From Podarcis vaucheri (lineage: Eukaryota): a stretch of 64,000 bases of DNA. The translations under genes and the position numbers were made by a program. Positions 1-14,668 of the stretch are shown piece by piece (position 1 is the stretch's first letter; every line of letters begins with the position of its first letter). Below the pieces are notes generated by a model. The model had not been told where the DNA came from. It worked only from the letters and a program-made list of their open reading frames with translations, and searched no databases. The stretch is from NCBI GenBank assembly GCA_965113315.1, contig OZ220370.1, one strand, 5' to 3'.

Positions 1-1831
1 GCAGCTGTGCATGGGGAGATAAGGGTTAACCTTTTCTTCCTGCTGTGAAACAATGGGACACTTGACAATGGGAACTTTCCTTCCTAAGAGCAGCATAGAT
101 AGCATTTTTGGCCAAATTGCACTCTACCACACACTGTGGTCCCAATGAAAACTGGGCCCACATGTACCTATTAACTTAAACACACAAGCACACACATAAT
201 TGCTAATGACACATCTAGTACCATGTCTCATTTGGCCCTCGGTTATCCAAAAACACTATCAATTAAAATAGATTCTCATGGTTCATGTTGACAAAGAAGC
301 CTGATTATACTTCCTTTTGAAAGAAGGGTAGAGGCTAGTGAGTGGAGCTGGGGGAGTGGGGAAGAGAGAACTGGAAATATGTGAATATAGGAGGAGAAAT
401 ACACACTTCCTTCTTCCTGCTGTGTACCACTGCATCTGAGGAAAGTGAGCAGAAAAGGAGACCAAGGCTATGGTGCCATGAGAAAGGGTTGCAAGTGTGT
501 CAAATTCTAGATATCTCTTCCTATCCACCTTCCATGAGAAAAACCACCCAGGGCCCCTCCAGATCTCCTTTTTATCACACATCATGATAAGCCATGCTCA
601 TGATGCTACTGGGGCAGTTACACCCAACCCTGATTTCAGTACTAACTTCCGACTGGAATCCTTTAACTTTATGTACCACAAATGTTTTTCGTTATTTCTG
701 TCCCACTTTTTTGTGCTATAGCCACTCCGAACAGCAATAATATGATAGCATTGTGAAAGCACCTCAGAAGAAACTAAAGTGGAATAAATTCACCACTATT
801 ATTGTGCCAAGAACACATTGAAGAATGCTGTACACCCACAATAAAATAGGAACACCCATGAGATAGCCATTTCAAATGATATTGAGACCAATACCTGCAG
901 TTGACTTATACAGTATATAAGTTGCTGCTTTTTACAAAGTCAGGCCATTGACCTTGTATGGTCTGCAATGACTGGCATAACCTCTCTGGGGGCTTTGACA
1001 AGTCTTTTCCAGCCCCTGTCTGGAGATGCCAGTCCTACCACGGTTCTGCATACAAAGTCTGTGCTGTATCACATAATTATATTTCCATCCCCCCAAACCT
1101 CTAAAAAATAAACCTTCCCCACCAGCTCAGCAGATAGGTCCCCTTGTAAGAATAGTTTCATTGTTTCTATTCTATCAATTTTTCTATTTTGTATATCTAC
1201 AAAGTGTAAATAAACATGATGCAAATGTTCATGGAGAAAGGAGGAAGAGAACATCTGAAAAGGAAAGTTATTTGGCAGAAATAATATTTCCCCCCATCAT
1301 TTCAGAGAGCATTGTACAACAATAGTTATAACATGTACTTGTGAAATGTGTATTGCAGTATTGTTGTATTGCCCTTAACAGCCTACACTTTTTTTTTTGC
1401 TGTTCAATGATAAATTAAATTATATGCAATTTCTTTCCACCAGACAATCACCATGACTGATAAGTGGGGTTGAAGAGATGGAGAGAATGAATTTGTGGGA
1501 TCAGAGGATGGGAGGGAGAAAGAATCCATGAGAGAGAGGAGAGTTTCAGGGAGGGAGGCCGGCTTATTTCTGAAATCAGATTAGATCAGACATAAGCTAT
1601 TTCCTGATTTTTCACCTATTTTTGAGCCAACCTGACATGATCTGGTGGTGGTGGAAGAAGTCATTCATCTCTATTCAGACACAGCCTTCTAAATGCTGTA
1701 AGTCGCTTGCAGATATCCAGGTAACAAGCAACGAACAACAAAAATAATAACGTGTTCTTGCTCAGTATCCTTGTATTTTACTGCAAATGGAAGTGTCATG
1801 ACTAGCGGTTTTAGATGTTCCTAGTAAAATG

Positions 1832-2954
1832 GGAGAAATGGGAGTGCCTTATCACCTCATCTGTCTCCTGAGAAATTGTCTATGTGGGACAGGAAGCTAC
1901 AGATAGAACTGGATAAAGAACAACTGTTTGGTTCAAAATTGGGAAAGGAGTATGACAAGGCTGTATATTGTCTCCCTGCTTATTTAACTTATATGCAGAA
2001 TTCATCATCCGAAAGGCTGGAATAGATGAATCCCAAGCCAGAATTAAAACTGCAGGAAGAAATATCAACAACCTCAGACATGCAGATGGCACAACTTTGA
2101 TGGCAGAAAGTGAGGAGGAATTTAAAAACCTTTTAATGAGGGTGAAAGAGGAGAGCACAAAATATGGCCTGAAGCTCAACATCAAAAAAACTAAGATTAT
2201 GGCTACTGGTCCCATCACCTCCTGGCAAATAGAAGGGGAAGAAATGGAGGCAGTGAGCTCCATGATCACTGCAGATGGTAACAGCAGCCACGAAATTAAA
2301 AGACGCCTGCTTCTTGAGAGAAAAGCAATGACAAACCTAGACAGCATCTTAAAAAGCAGAGACATCACCTTGCCGACAAAGGTCCATAAAGTTAAAGCTA
2401 TGGTTTTCCCAGTAGTGATGTATGGAAGTGAGAGCTGGACTATAAAGAAGGCTGGATCGCTGAAGAATTGATGCTTTTGAATTATGGTATTGGAGGAGGC
2501 TCTTGAGAGTCCCATGGACTGCAAGAAAATCAAATTATTATTATTTGTTTGATGCTATATTGTTTTTAATATTCGGTTGGAAGCCGCCCAGAGTGGCTGG
2601 GGAAACCCAGCCAGATGGGTGGTGTATAAATAATAAATTATTATTATTATTATCATTATTTTATCCATTCTGAAGGAAATCAGCCCTGAGTGCTCACTGG
2701 AAGGACAGATCGTGAAGCTGAGGCTCCAATACTTTGGCCACCTCATGAGAAGAGAAGACTCCCTGGAAAAGACCCTGATGTTGGGAAAGATTGAGGGCAC
2801 AAGGAGAAGGGGACTACAGAGGACGAGATGGTTGGACAGTGTTCTCGAAGCTACCAACATGAGTTTGACCAAACTGCGGGAGGCCGTGGAAGACAGGTAT
2901 GCCTGGCGTACTCTGGTCCATGGGGTCACGAAGAGTCGGACATGACTAAACCAC

Positions 2955-2987
<33 letters not shown>

Positions 2988-2988
2988 G
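1832..2988 (+). mobile_element. 5'-truncated, degraded BovB (RTE clade) LINE
   Basis: RT C-terminal peptides (GRNINNLRHADGTTLMAESEEE, KAMVFPVVMYGSESWTIKK, LRLQYFGHLMRR), (CAA)n tail, and imperfect TSD TAGTAAAATG / TAGTAAGATG. Confidence 0.92.
2534..2660 (+). mobile_element. L2-type 3' tail stub inserted inside the BovB copy
   Basis: Interrupts BovB colinearity (compare with the copy at 55954-56376). Terminal stem-loop CCGCCCA...TGGGTGG followed by (TTA)n. Same family as 33930-34055. Confidence 0.75.
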
Positions 2989-3159
2989 TAGTAAGATGAA
3001 ACACACATAGGCTGCAAGCAGCTCTTGGCTGTTTTCTGTACAGCCTGCCAAGTTCCCGGGGAGCCCCATTAACTCCCTCCAGCTCATCGAGCAGCAACTG
3101 GATGGCTAAGAAAAACAATCACTCTCCATACTGCTAATAAGCATTAGGATGGTGATTTA

Positions 3160-3500
3160 AGCTGCTTGATTGTAATAAAACCTCAAAGCAGTTTACAAAA
3201 CAAAACACTTAAAATATCAACAAAAAGACAGTTAAAAACAGGTATTAAAAAATTCAAACACTGATTATAATCAACAATCAGCTAAAAACAGATTAAAACA
3301 TAAGTATCTTCTGCGTGTCTAGATTAGCTTGCCCAAACAAAAAGGTTTTAAGCAGGCACCTGCCATATGTCTACAGGCAGGGAGTTCCTCTATACAGGCA
3401 GGAAACCACACTAAAAAATGATTTCTTACAATTGAAGAACAAGCATTATATGGCACCTGTAACAGTGCTAGTCCCACAGACTGGAGTGGGTGAGTGGGAA
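3160..3500 (-). mobile_element. Old L2-like 3' remnant
   Basis: Degenerate tail (cctcaaagcagtttacaaaa), A-rich tract and GGCAGGGAGTTCC motif typical of antisense L2 ends. Similar remnants at ~22050-22330 and ~23330-23600. Confidence 0.4.
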
Positions 3501-4712
3501 TATATAAAGGAGATCCCAGTGATCAAAAGATTACTGTCCCCATGCTACTAATGCAAAATTGCAGGGTAGTGTACCTCCTTCCAGAAATCCCAGAACTATC
3601 CATGCCACTGTTTTCATTTTGCTTTTGCCATTGCAGACAGTGATCTTGGCTGCATCAGGATCATTAGAAGGCTTTAAAGCCTCTACTCCCCAGTGATCCA
3701 ACTAAATATGCCAACTAAATATGTTTTGTTTCATCAGCCATTTACTATAAGTTCTTGTTCAGAAAATATATGAGTAACTTACTGAACAACTTGATTTAAG
3801 TAAATTGTTAAATAATTCATTTTGTTTATTTAAAGATGTCATTCTATACCTGCTTACCCGGGAGTAATCCATATTGGATTCAATAGGACTTACTTCTGAG
3901 TGGCATGTATAGGATTTCATAGTAACCCCTCTTGTTTTAAATCAGTGCAACTTGAAGGCTAGTGAGTACTGATGAGATGTTCCTAATGCTAGCTCTCAGT
4001 TGGAAATAATTTAAGATAAAGCAAGACCCCTGCCTTCACTATACATAACAGCTCCACATGGATTGCTGGTGAAAATGCTTAGGTGTCTGATGGAGGCTGC
4101 ATGCATCATCCATTAGTATGACATGACAAGGTTACTCAAAATAAATGAGTTAAGATTTCTAAATGCATATCAACCCAAACACTTATTATGTAGTACTATG
4201 TCTAACCACAACGGGACCACTCAGCATGAAAGGCTTGTGGATTACAAACATAGCCTATGATGATCCCATTCTTCCTACAGCTTTATACAAGCACAAGTGG
4301 GTTTTTTTGCTGCTTCAGAATACATTGCTGCATTACTCCCTTATTATTCTCATTACAGTAATGCTGAACTAACAGTGGCTGACGCAGCAGTAAATTGGCC
4401 CACAGACCACTGAAGTACTACAATATCTGACAGCACAAATACATTGTAGTCCTATGCACAATGAACAGTTTATGCAGATTACTACTAAAAGAAATACAAT
4501 TGCAGACCTAAATCTCATATTTATTGTCTATATTCAATTTTCCAAATAGATTTACTATTGATGATATTCACTGAAAATAAACTTCATGAACAGCTACGTT
4601 AGTTGGCTGTATCAAAAATAGCAAGAAATTTTTTTGGTACTATTAAGCCTAATGAATTCAGATACAATGAAAAGGATTCTGACCCGCATACATTTAGCCA
4701 CAATAAAATTGT

Positions 4713-4802
4713 TGGGCTGGTATCCAACATTAGTCATACTCAGTGGGCCAGTTATTGATTTACTGAGTCTACTCTGAGTATGACTAACACTGGACACCAC
4801 CC
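4713..4802. mobile_element. Short palindromic MITE-like element
   Basis: Inverted arms TTAGTCATACTCAG...CTGAGTATGACTAA; a related degenerate copy lies at ~22778-22856. Confidence 0.6.
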
Positions 4803-7614
4803 TTAGTCTTTTGCTGTTGTTTTACTAAAAATAAATACATTAATTGTTAAATTTGTTTGACTTATTGAAGTTTAAGCAAAAATACATTGAAAAACTGGAA
4901 GATGTTTTTGTCACCCATCAAAATTAAGCATCTTCCTTTTGCAATGCCCTGTTGCATTCTCCCTGTTGCATGCAGTGACAGTACGTCAGAGCAGGCTCAG
5001 CCTCCGAACAGCACAAAGTATCCCTAAATTTCATCTGAAATTTCTTCCTGTCCATGAATACTCCATAATTTTCCATTCCTTCTTATACTGTAAGGTTTGA
5101 TAATGGACAACTTCGCACTAGAATGTATTAAAATAATAATAATACTGAGCCAGAATGTGTGTGTATGTGATATTCAGTGAACATATTATTTTTCTTGGAC
5201 ATTCATAGCACTCTTAATTTATTTATTAGAATTTTCAATTACCTCATTCAAATGCCCCATGTTAGATAACACTTTAAAGGTCCACATAAAACCATTGCAA
5301 TAAGCATCTATTAAAGTATGTGGGTGAAATTCAACAGAGCAATGAAGAAATTGTTCTGTCATTTCTGCTTGCTTGATGAAATGACTCCCCCTCTGTCCCT
5401 TGTACCTTGGTCGAGGTGGGGAAGTCTTCTGACTCTCAGAGTGGATTTTTTTTTGGGGGGGTGAGTCGTAGGGGGGAAGGACAGAAAGCCCCTTTACACT
5501 AGCAGGGGTCCTCAAGCTGGCTTCTACTAGTGGAACAGGGTAGCTGAATCCAGCCTTATATTTTATTATTATTCTATTTTCAATATTTATAGCCCATTCA
5601 GATGTGAGAATGGACCAAGTTATAGGGACAGATAGGACCTTTAGTAGGCGCTGCCTTTCTTCCTCTCTAGGACCTGGCAAGGACCCTTATTGATCAACAC
5701 TGGATTTGTGAGGTGACAGCACCTTCCTCACCATCCCATTGTGATTTGAAAATGAGGGTTCTGATATTTGAACATACAGCATCTCCTGTTAAATTGCTGC
5801 ACATGTTACTAGGAGTGGAGCAAGAGATTCAAAATCTTGTTCTAGCCTTTCCATAATGACAGTGCTGTGATTGCATGCAAATGTGTCTGTATGCTCATCT
5901 GCGTAAAATATTATTTATGTAGACTGTGGGCTCCAAAAGAAGAGTAAGTTTTGAAGTCAGAGCCCAAGCTGAAAATGCTTGAGTAACTTTGCCATAAAGG
6001 TTTGTATGCTCGTTGTTTATATCTGCACACACTCTGAGAATGCAGAAATTAATTCTGCAAATTAAGAATTTAAGGGTTCTTAAACTATTTGTCTAACCAA
6101 TTTTCAAGGGGTGCGGTATCAAGAATTTTGGTATCAATGAAGAGTGGCAACACATATAACTTTTCCTTGATCCATTCTGAGAAAAAAATGTATCTCTTCC
6201 TAAAATGCCTTAGGTTTTAAAGGTGGTAACAATTCTGATCCCCCCATTTATATCTCTGTATCTTTTCCAGATATTATATAGCAACAGGTATTCTTTTTTA
6301 TGAATTCCTGTATAAAATGTCATGACAGTGTAAAAATACAATAAAATAGATGCACCTTCACAAGCAATGCTTTCAAAGAACAAGATATTGCTATATGATT
6401 TAACTATGGACAGTTTGTGCAAACACTGCACTGGATTGCTCTTTCAATTAGAAAAAGGGGGAAGAAAGATGTATCATACACATGTTTAATAAGCTGTTTT
6501 ATTGTTTTTAAAACAATATTACAAAAAGCCTAATTCCTGCAATAAAAACAAATGCTATCCTTCTTCTTTCCTTAAGATACACAGTAGAATCCAACACCTT
6601 GCACCTTCAGTCCAATAAATGAAACATAAAACTTGAGATATGTCTTGCCTATAAAATGACTCATTCAGAAAATGCAAACCATATTCCTTTCAGATCTAAA
6701 GAACAACTTTCCCACATGTATTGCCAGAGTTTGCTGCAAAAATGGCTTTTAGGTCAGCTGTCCCAATGTGGGATGTGAAAAGATATAAAGATCAAATGTA
6801 CTTGTTCCAAGCACATATTGCATCAGAGGCCACCCCAAAAAGTCCCTGACTTCCATAAAAAGTGTTCTGGGTATCAAACTGATTCAATAGGCAGGTAAAC
6901 TCAGAAGCCGCAACTTAGAATGCATAGAAACTGCCCCCATAGCTCTTGGATTTCACCCACTGCATTTATTGCCAAGGTGTTAGTATTCTACCACCTAAAA
7001 TGCATTAATTCTTATAAAGCACCCACCTACACACAGCCACTCCCCAAAAGATCTGCTGGCATCAGAATAATATATTGTGTGTGTTACGTTCTAAAGTTTA
7101 ATGGGTTATCAAGTCCAAACTGCCTGCCCTACAGTAGGATCCCTTTCACAAAATGGATTCATCTTGCGAGCTGTACCTATTGCTCAAGGGGATATGGGGC
7201 TAAGGAGTACAGTGTACCTTTCCTGTAAAAGGTATCAATTTCCAATACAACATTGCACAATATTTCTCACAATAACACTACATAAGCGGGCATACAATAA
7301 AAGAAGTAATTGCAATGAAGCAGTACACACATAAATCTAAATCACATACGTAACACATTCCATAACAGCACATACAACAGCCACATACAGTTATCCATTT
7401 TCTATTAAAACAAGCCGAACAGAACTTTTAATATCAGCTAGTCTACCACAGTATGAAAACCAACTGACAACTTTAGCACAGTATATATATATATGCAGAT
7501 AAAGAGATATATATTCTGTAGCAGGTGTAGCAGGTATAGCAGACTAGGTGCACTGCATACATTATGGACTACAAGACCCATCATTCAGTGAGGTTGTTCT
7601 TCCTAATTGTGTTT

Positions 7615-7740
7615 CATAGAATTATAGAATCGCAGAGTTGGAAGGGACCACGAAGGTCATCTAGCCAGCGCAACCCCCTGCAATGACGGAATCTCAACTA
7701 AAGCATCCATAACAGATGGCCATCCAACCTCTGCTTAAAC
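7615..7740 (-). mobile_element. CR1 3' end remnant (older subfamily)
   Basis: tcatagaattatagaatcgcagagttggaagggacc...ccatccaacctctgcttaaa. Related copies at 62620-62778 and 31441-31485. Confidence 0.75.
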
Positions 7741-10700
7741 ATCACATTTGCTTAAGTCACATTTCAAATTTCAAGTCAACCAATCTGCATTACCCGTTTT
7801 GTTTCCATGCATCTGCACCCTCCGAACTCCTATTCATGAAACTCTTGTCTATGCATATGCAACTCCTGTCTCAAATGTACACACCTCAGCTTAACTGTGA
7901 AGTAAGTGTAGCATACATTTTTTTGATCAGATAGAAGCTGGTAAGGGCTGATGGGCATTGTATTGAGTGTACTATGTATTGTACATGTACATGTATTGAG
8001 TGTACTATGTTTGCTAGCCGTGGTCTAGAAAGCAATTGAGGAAATGGTTCTCCTTTCTTATTCTGAGAATCATGGCTACTTACATCCTAAAATAGCACCT
8101 CATGCCATTAGCAGTTTGATTTAAACTCAAATTTGCTTATTCCCTTCACTATTCACATCTTGCACTAGGTAGTCCTATATTGATAGACTGTTGCCAGAAT
8201 GCCCACTATCCGGTTGAACAATCAAGGCTTTTTGTGCCAATCATGACATCCATCTTGTGTTGGTAAATTCTGTTCACATTCATTATCCACAAAAGTTATT
8301 TCTTGGGAAGCACTTATGCAGTTCCACCAACTATCAATTATTATTTTCCCCCGTATCAGGTATAAGCTACTGTTTTCCAACTTGGCTCAGAGCAAGGCTT
8401 GAGAGAGATGAAAACTAAAATTTCATATATTCCTAAAATGAATTTATGGCCCATTAGCTGTGGCATACAACTATTTCTATAACTGATTTATTGCAAGAAT
8501 GGCTAAGTCTCCGTTAAACAACTAAATGAATAAACTTCAGTTGCAACTATACTTAATGCTTAATGCTGAAGTAAATACTTTTACATCCTGATATTTCTGC
8601 AGAAATATGTTGAGGATCATGTTAAGAAAGTAACATTTTCCACATACTGCAACAAGGAGTTTCTATAATTTAGTTCATTCTTGAACTAATGCTGCAGGAA
8701 TCAGCACTAAACTTTGATTATACCAGACCACTGGCACCCATCTACATCCCAATTTCTTGCCGTAAAAGGTTAACCACTAAGTGTGAAGTGAAAAATATTA
8801 GCTACTAACAGATAGATATCTATCAACCACATCCTCCTGCAGCACATTTGAAAGGAATTAAAGAATATGGGGTTTGGACAGAGCTGTTTTATTTAGTACA
8901 TTTAAAAAAAAAAAAAATCAGTGAAAGCAGCTTGACCTGTCTATAATGACATAAAACTTAACTTTACTTCAGAATTAATTTAAAACACATACTGTAACAG
9001 GATTAAGATTGCCATAGGAGTGACATCAGAGTTCACATTAGAATCTGATCCATTCTATCATCAGATGTTGACCACCTGACTATTCAGTGACATCTTTCTA
9101 TCTCACATGCAGCAAATAAGCAGATTACACATTATGTACACTGCAATTTCAAGGGAAGCACGTGGAACCCAAACACTAACAGCATCTCCATCAATCCTAT
9201 GATTTTTCAAAATACTTTTATTTAAAGTAAGATTTCCTTTTAATAGTTTATACTCTCTTGCCTGTCTCCAAGTTACTATTACTATCCAACTGTCTATCCA
9301 AGACCATCATTATTCTCTACCCCCAACAGATAAACAAAAGGAAAACAAGTAGGGACAAGGGTAAGTAATACATCCCAACACACAAAACATCAAATTCATT
9401 TTAAGGAGATAAAACAGCTCTCGGTGTATTCCTTAGTTACTATATAAGTAATTTTGAAGCAAAGTCCTATCCCGCCTCACAGCAACCAATTTAAAAGTTG
9501 GCTTTTGTGCTAACATTTTGCTTGAAAACTAATATTTATACCCTAACCCTATGCATGCCAAATTGGAAGCTGTAGTGTTCAAGGGAGTTTACCTATGGAA
9601 ATCATATAAAGGGTTATGACTTTGCTTATTTATCAATGAGGGCAAACCACAGCATTTCCAGTTTTGATTAGATACAATCAGTCAGAACCTTTTAATATTT
9701 TGCAAACCTTAAAACGCATGCTAATAACTGTGCATTCACCGTTACTACACAAACCTGCAGTGGTCTGTGTATTAGTATTTAACAACCAGTCTGCAGTGCT
9801 GAGCAGAGTCATGTCACCTAAAGGAAAATTGCAAAGAAAATGAAAAAGCTAGTACCTTTTCCACACATGTCCCAAAAGAATACGTACAAAAATGTACAGA
9901 AGTTTTCCATTTCTTTTTAAAATTGCTAACTAATTAATTAAAGGGCAGTGCTTCAGGCAGTGTTCCTGCAGTCTACAATCTCTAAAATATAACCTTGATT
10001 CAACATCCAGACTAATTTTTGTACTCCTTTTTATTTTTCCTCATTTCCTCATGCACCCACTATCCCCTGCTTTGGGGGATACCTTGCCTGATAAAGACTT
10101 CTGGGGAAATCACAATTTCATAACATATTGGTTGGTCCTATTAAAGGAGTTCTTTTTCTCCTTACCAGTATACCACTTTTCTCTTTACTTGGAGCCATCA
10201 CATTAAAACTTAACTTCGATGTGTTTATCAACAGGAAAAGTTTTCTGGATTTTGTTAAGATAAAACAGTATGCTTACATTCCAATTTTAAAATCAGAAGT
10301 CAGTGGTGTATGTGCACACAAAAAAAGATAAACAGCACAGTCCTCTGCATGTCTGGAATCAAGTCTCTGTGTTTAAAGATCTTTATTCACAGGTAAGTAT
10401 GCTATGACTACATCCTCAATCAGATGTCTTTATCCAAAAGGCAGTGGTCAGTCATTAATATTGACTAAGGTTGCCATCCTAAAGATACAAATTTGCATTA
10501 TTTTAATTTAGGGAAAGGGGACAAAAATGGTCTATTTGACAAAATACAATGCAGCTCCATTAGATTTAGAGGGAATGGAGGCTAAAAGTATAATCTGATA
10601 ACCCAAATAGTCTTCATTTAGAACTCAGACCAAAAAAAATGTTTTGGGTAAAGGGCATGGGAATGGTGGGTAAATGGATAATTCATTTGATAGATGTTTC

Positions 10701-11050
10701 TCATCACTGTCATTGCTATAGTCAAACTTCAGTAATTGCCCATGAATAACCACTGGAATGTTATCTAGTTATACAGTATTTCATATCTAATAGAAAGGTA
10801 AGGCCTGGCAATCTGAGGTGGTAAACTAGTGTGTAAAGGCTCTACCATTTCAGTTTCAAGATGGGAGCTCCTCCATCCAAAATAATAGTAAAATCCACCA
10901 GATAGAAAGCTAGCTGACAGGAAGCTGAAGGATACTTTCCCTGACATGCTGCTTTGTCTATGTGCAGAAGACTGTTGTTGTATGAAGGAGTGTTCTGTCA
11001 TGAAAGCCCCCACCTTTAGTCCGAAGTGGCATAGTCCAGACACACATTTA

Positions 11051-11335
<285 letters not shown>

Positions 11336-12728
11336 TCATATACATTATTACTTCCTTAGTTTGCCTTACATTTTTGAGTCATTTCATACACTCATTTCAT
11401 AATGGCTCTGTATAATACACAATCCTTAACAGATTTAAAATACATTTATACCTGCCTGTCTAAACATTTTTATAAAGCACAAAATTAGAGACAAAAATTA
11501 AAATGCATTGAAAAGTACATCCCAAGTGCAATACAGTCACACTGTTCGCTTGCATATAATTTACCACCCAATTACGATTTAATGGGCCTCCAAACCAAAT
11601 AAAACACTTGAAGCAATAGTTGAACCTACGCTCAACTGACAAGGAATGAGATATTCCTGATGTATGTGTTTACTCTGGCAAACTACTTAATTGTTCTTCT
11701 GTTTCCGTTGAAACAAATGCAGCATTAAAACATTATTATGTCTGCTCTCTTGTTTGCTTTGTGGATTACATAAAGCGTGCCCAATTGAAAAGGGATAAGG
11801 CCAATATACAGTGAATCCATAAAGGCATTAGTATGCCTTAGCACTTTGCAGTACTTGAACTGTCACTTAAAGTGAAACAAGAACAGAATCAGTGCAAATT
11901 GTCAATATTTTATAGAATATATTGCCTCTCTTGTATCTTAACTGTGCTTACGATTCCTGATCATAATAGCTTTTATAATACTCAACTTCCATTAGATTTA
12001 TACTGAATAGAAGATCTGCATACTATAGTCAAGGGGCAATGTTCAAATCATGTACTCTAGAATAAGGGCCCTTCGGCATGAGGAAAGTTTTGGAACACTT
12101 GATTCATTTCTATGTAATGAAGTATCAGTTTGCATTAAGCCCAAAGTTTACAATATGCTAACAAATTTTGCTTTCATAATATTTTTGGATTAAATATTAT
12201 CAGGAAAAGTTTGCACAGTATACTTGAAGTCCACCAAATCAGTTTAACTTTGGTTGCAAAGCTGTGCACCTCCTTAAGAGTAAACCCCACTCAACTCAGT
12301 GGAATTTACTACCAAGGAAGCGTGCACAGAATTCCATTGCACATTTTCTAACATAAATATGTATTTTACTTTCCACATTTATATTGCTTTCACACTACAA
12401 ATTTTCTCACTAATAATGCTCCATTTAAAAATTACCAGTTGGAGTCCTTTTAAATGCTAGACTGCTTGGTGTTACTTTCATGACCAAATCCAAACAATTT
12501 TAAAATACACAGAAGTGTATAAATGAATTATAAAACATTTTAGTGCTGAGCAGAACCTTTATTTAAAAGTGCATATTTAAATTACTTCTCAAAGCAGTGA
12601 AACAATATTCTCCAGTTTAAAATTAACAACAATCAAATATCATTCATATGTCTTTCACGTGGAGTAAAATAACTTCATTCTAAGTAGTTTTTCCCCCTAC
12701 AGAAAGGCCACTTTGATCTTATCCTTAC

Positions 12729-12778
12729 CTGCAAATGGATGAAACAGCAACATCTGAACTGGTTTGGGATTTTTGCAC
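12729..12778 (-). CDS. EYA1: EYA1 50-nt exon, open in two frames: VQKSQTSSDVAVSSICR (in frame with MEMQ) and CKNPKPVQ-MLLFHPFA (ATG at 12753)
   Basis: Acceptor ccctggtttgcag|GTGC and donor GCAG|gtaagg. MLLFHPFA resembles the recalled MLLFPQVA start of the short EYA1 isoform. The other frame resembles EYA4 VKKTCTESDVSQSQNSR. Confidence 0.9.
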
Positions 12779-14606
12779 CTGCAAACCAGGGACACAAATA
12801 GAAGCCTCTGTTATTCTACGTTCATGTCAGGTCTTAATCTAACTAAACAAAGAAATCTTCCTGAGGATGGTAATGCTGTCTTTTAACCAAAAGAGAAGGA
12901 GGGGGTTACTGCTGCAGTGAAAGACATATTGTCTTTAAATTGAAGCCTCAACTGTTGTTTCCTCCAGCAGGTCTATCCCCCCCTCCCTTGCCATGTCATG
13001 GGGAAGGCAGCCAAATGACGGGATAGTGATTCATCACTGGCCTATGACAGCTGCACACTGGATTTCCCCTCCCCCAATCAACATGCAAAGCAGTCTTGCT
13101 AAGGTAGTTTAGGAAGAGGTGCCTGGGTAAGGTAGCTATTAACAGAGAAAATATATCTAGCAAAGGGAAGAAGCTCCCTAATGCTTTCCCCCCAGCATCC
13201 TCTGAAGATCTTTCAGTTTTTGTTATCACTGGCTGAAACACATCACCCTCCCACTCCTTTAACTCTTGACAGTCTCTTATCCTTATCATGTTAGTTTTCA
13301 TCCCTCCCTCTTCCTTCCACTCTGTCAGTTAAGTTTGCAAGTCCAGTTTCCAGCCAACTTTGAAGACTGCAAACCAACGCTGAAGGATTTAAAGTCAAAT
13401 GAAATGCTATGCTCCTATAATTTGACTGAAAGTTCCCGAATGTTTATGTTTATCTAGGCCAGAAATTCCCCTTCCTCTTATCTGCACCTCTCCCTACAAT
13501 CAAGTTAAACTAAAAAAGAAGAGCATACACTTCAGAATGAATGAATACGAGCAGTACGCAAAAATGTATTTCTAAAATGAACTCCGTGGTCATGAATTGC
13601 TCTTTTGCATTCTCTGTGAATGTACACTCTTTGGACTAGGGTGGGCGAGAGATTCAGTAATGTTTGAAATCTAGACCCTCACTGGTTTAGTGCAGTGCTG
13701 TTGTATGTTATTAAAAATGTGTAAGGTTGTGTTTAAATGAATAGCCTTTGATACCAGTTTCCACACACATACACACACACGCCAAAAAAGCCACTAACAA
13801 CTGCCAGCAGGTGATAAAGCCCAGGTGAAGACTGGCTGCTGGCTTGAAAGCACAAACAAAACTTCCCCAGCAAGGATATACATTGTCTAAATGTCTGAAT
13901 TCAGAATTCCACCCAACCTGAACTGACATCTCTTACATGATCACAGAACAAAGACAAGCAAGATGAGGCATTTTAAGTGCCATAAAAGTCATCCAGGAAA
14001 ATCTCACTTGTGTGCCTCTAGTTTTTGTTATTTTTAATCACAGACAGAATTACTACTTTAGCAGGAGTACACCACTCGTATAAGCAGCCAGACAACATAT
14101 AATGTTACACACAATAGCAAAAAGCATGTACTAACACAGATAGGAAAACTGTAACTCTCCCCCCACCAAAGGTATTTAAAATGCTGCATAGTGTGCTTTT
14201 TAATAGACCATAGCAAACCAAATCAAACTGGAGTATGAAATGTGTATTTGCAACAGCTAAGGCATTTTTTAAAAAGGAAAATACAAAGGACCCAAGTGTA
14301 AGATGGAAACTTTTTACTCTTAACCCTAGACACTGCGGTGGAATGGCTTCAGGATATGTTCTCTCCTTGTACTTCTGTACACCTTTAATAAATTATAGGA
14401 GGGAACGATGCATACTTTACAGTTATCTCTTATTAACAATATGGAGGGCCATTTAAATACAATAATTTTAATTGAACTTCTAGTAATATGTATTAATGTT
14501 TTGTATATTATTTTGCTGATGTTTTAGAATATACCGTAATTTGTCAGTTACAGACAACAAAAATTGTTCTGAAAATATTCTATTACCTCTGTCTTTAAAT
14601 AACTAC

Positions 14607-14608
<2 letters not shown>

Positions 14609-14666
<58 letters not shown>
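14609..14666. repeat. (GT)n(AT)n microsatellite
   Basis: Seen directly in the sequence. Confidence 0.95.
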
Positions 14667-14668
<2 letters not shown>

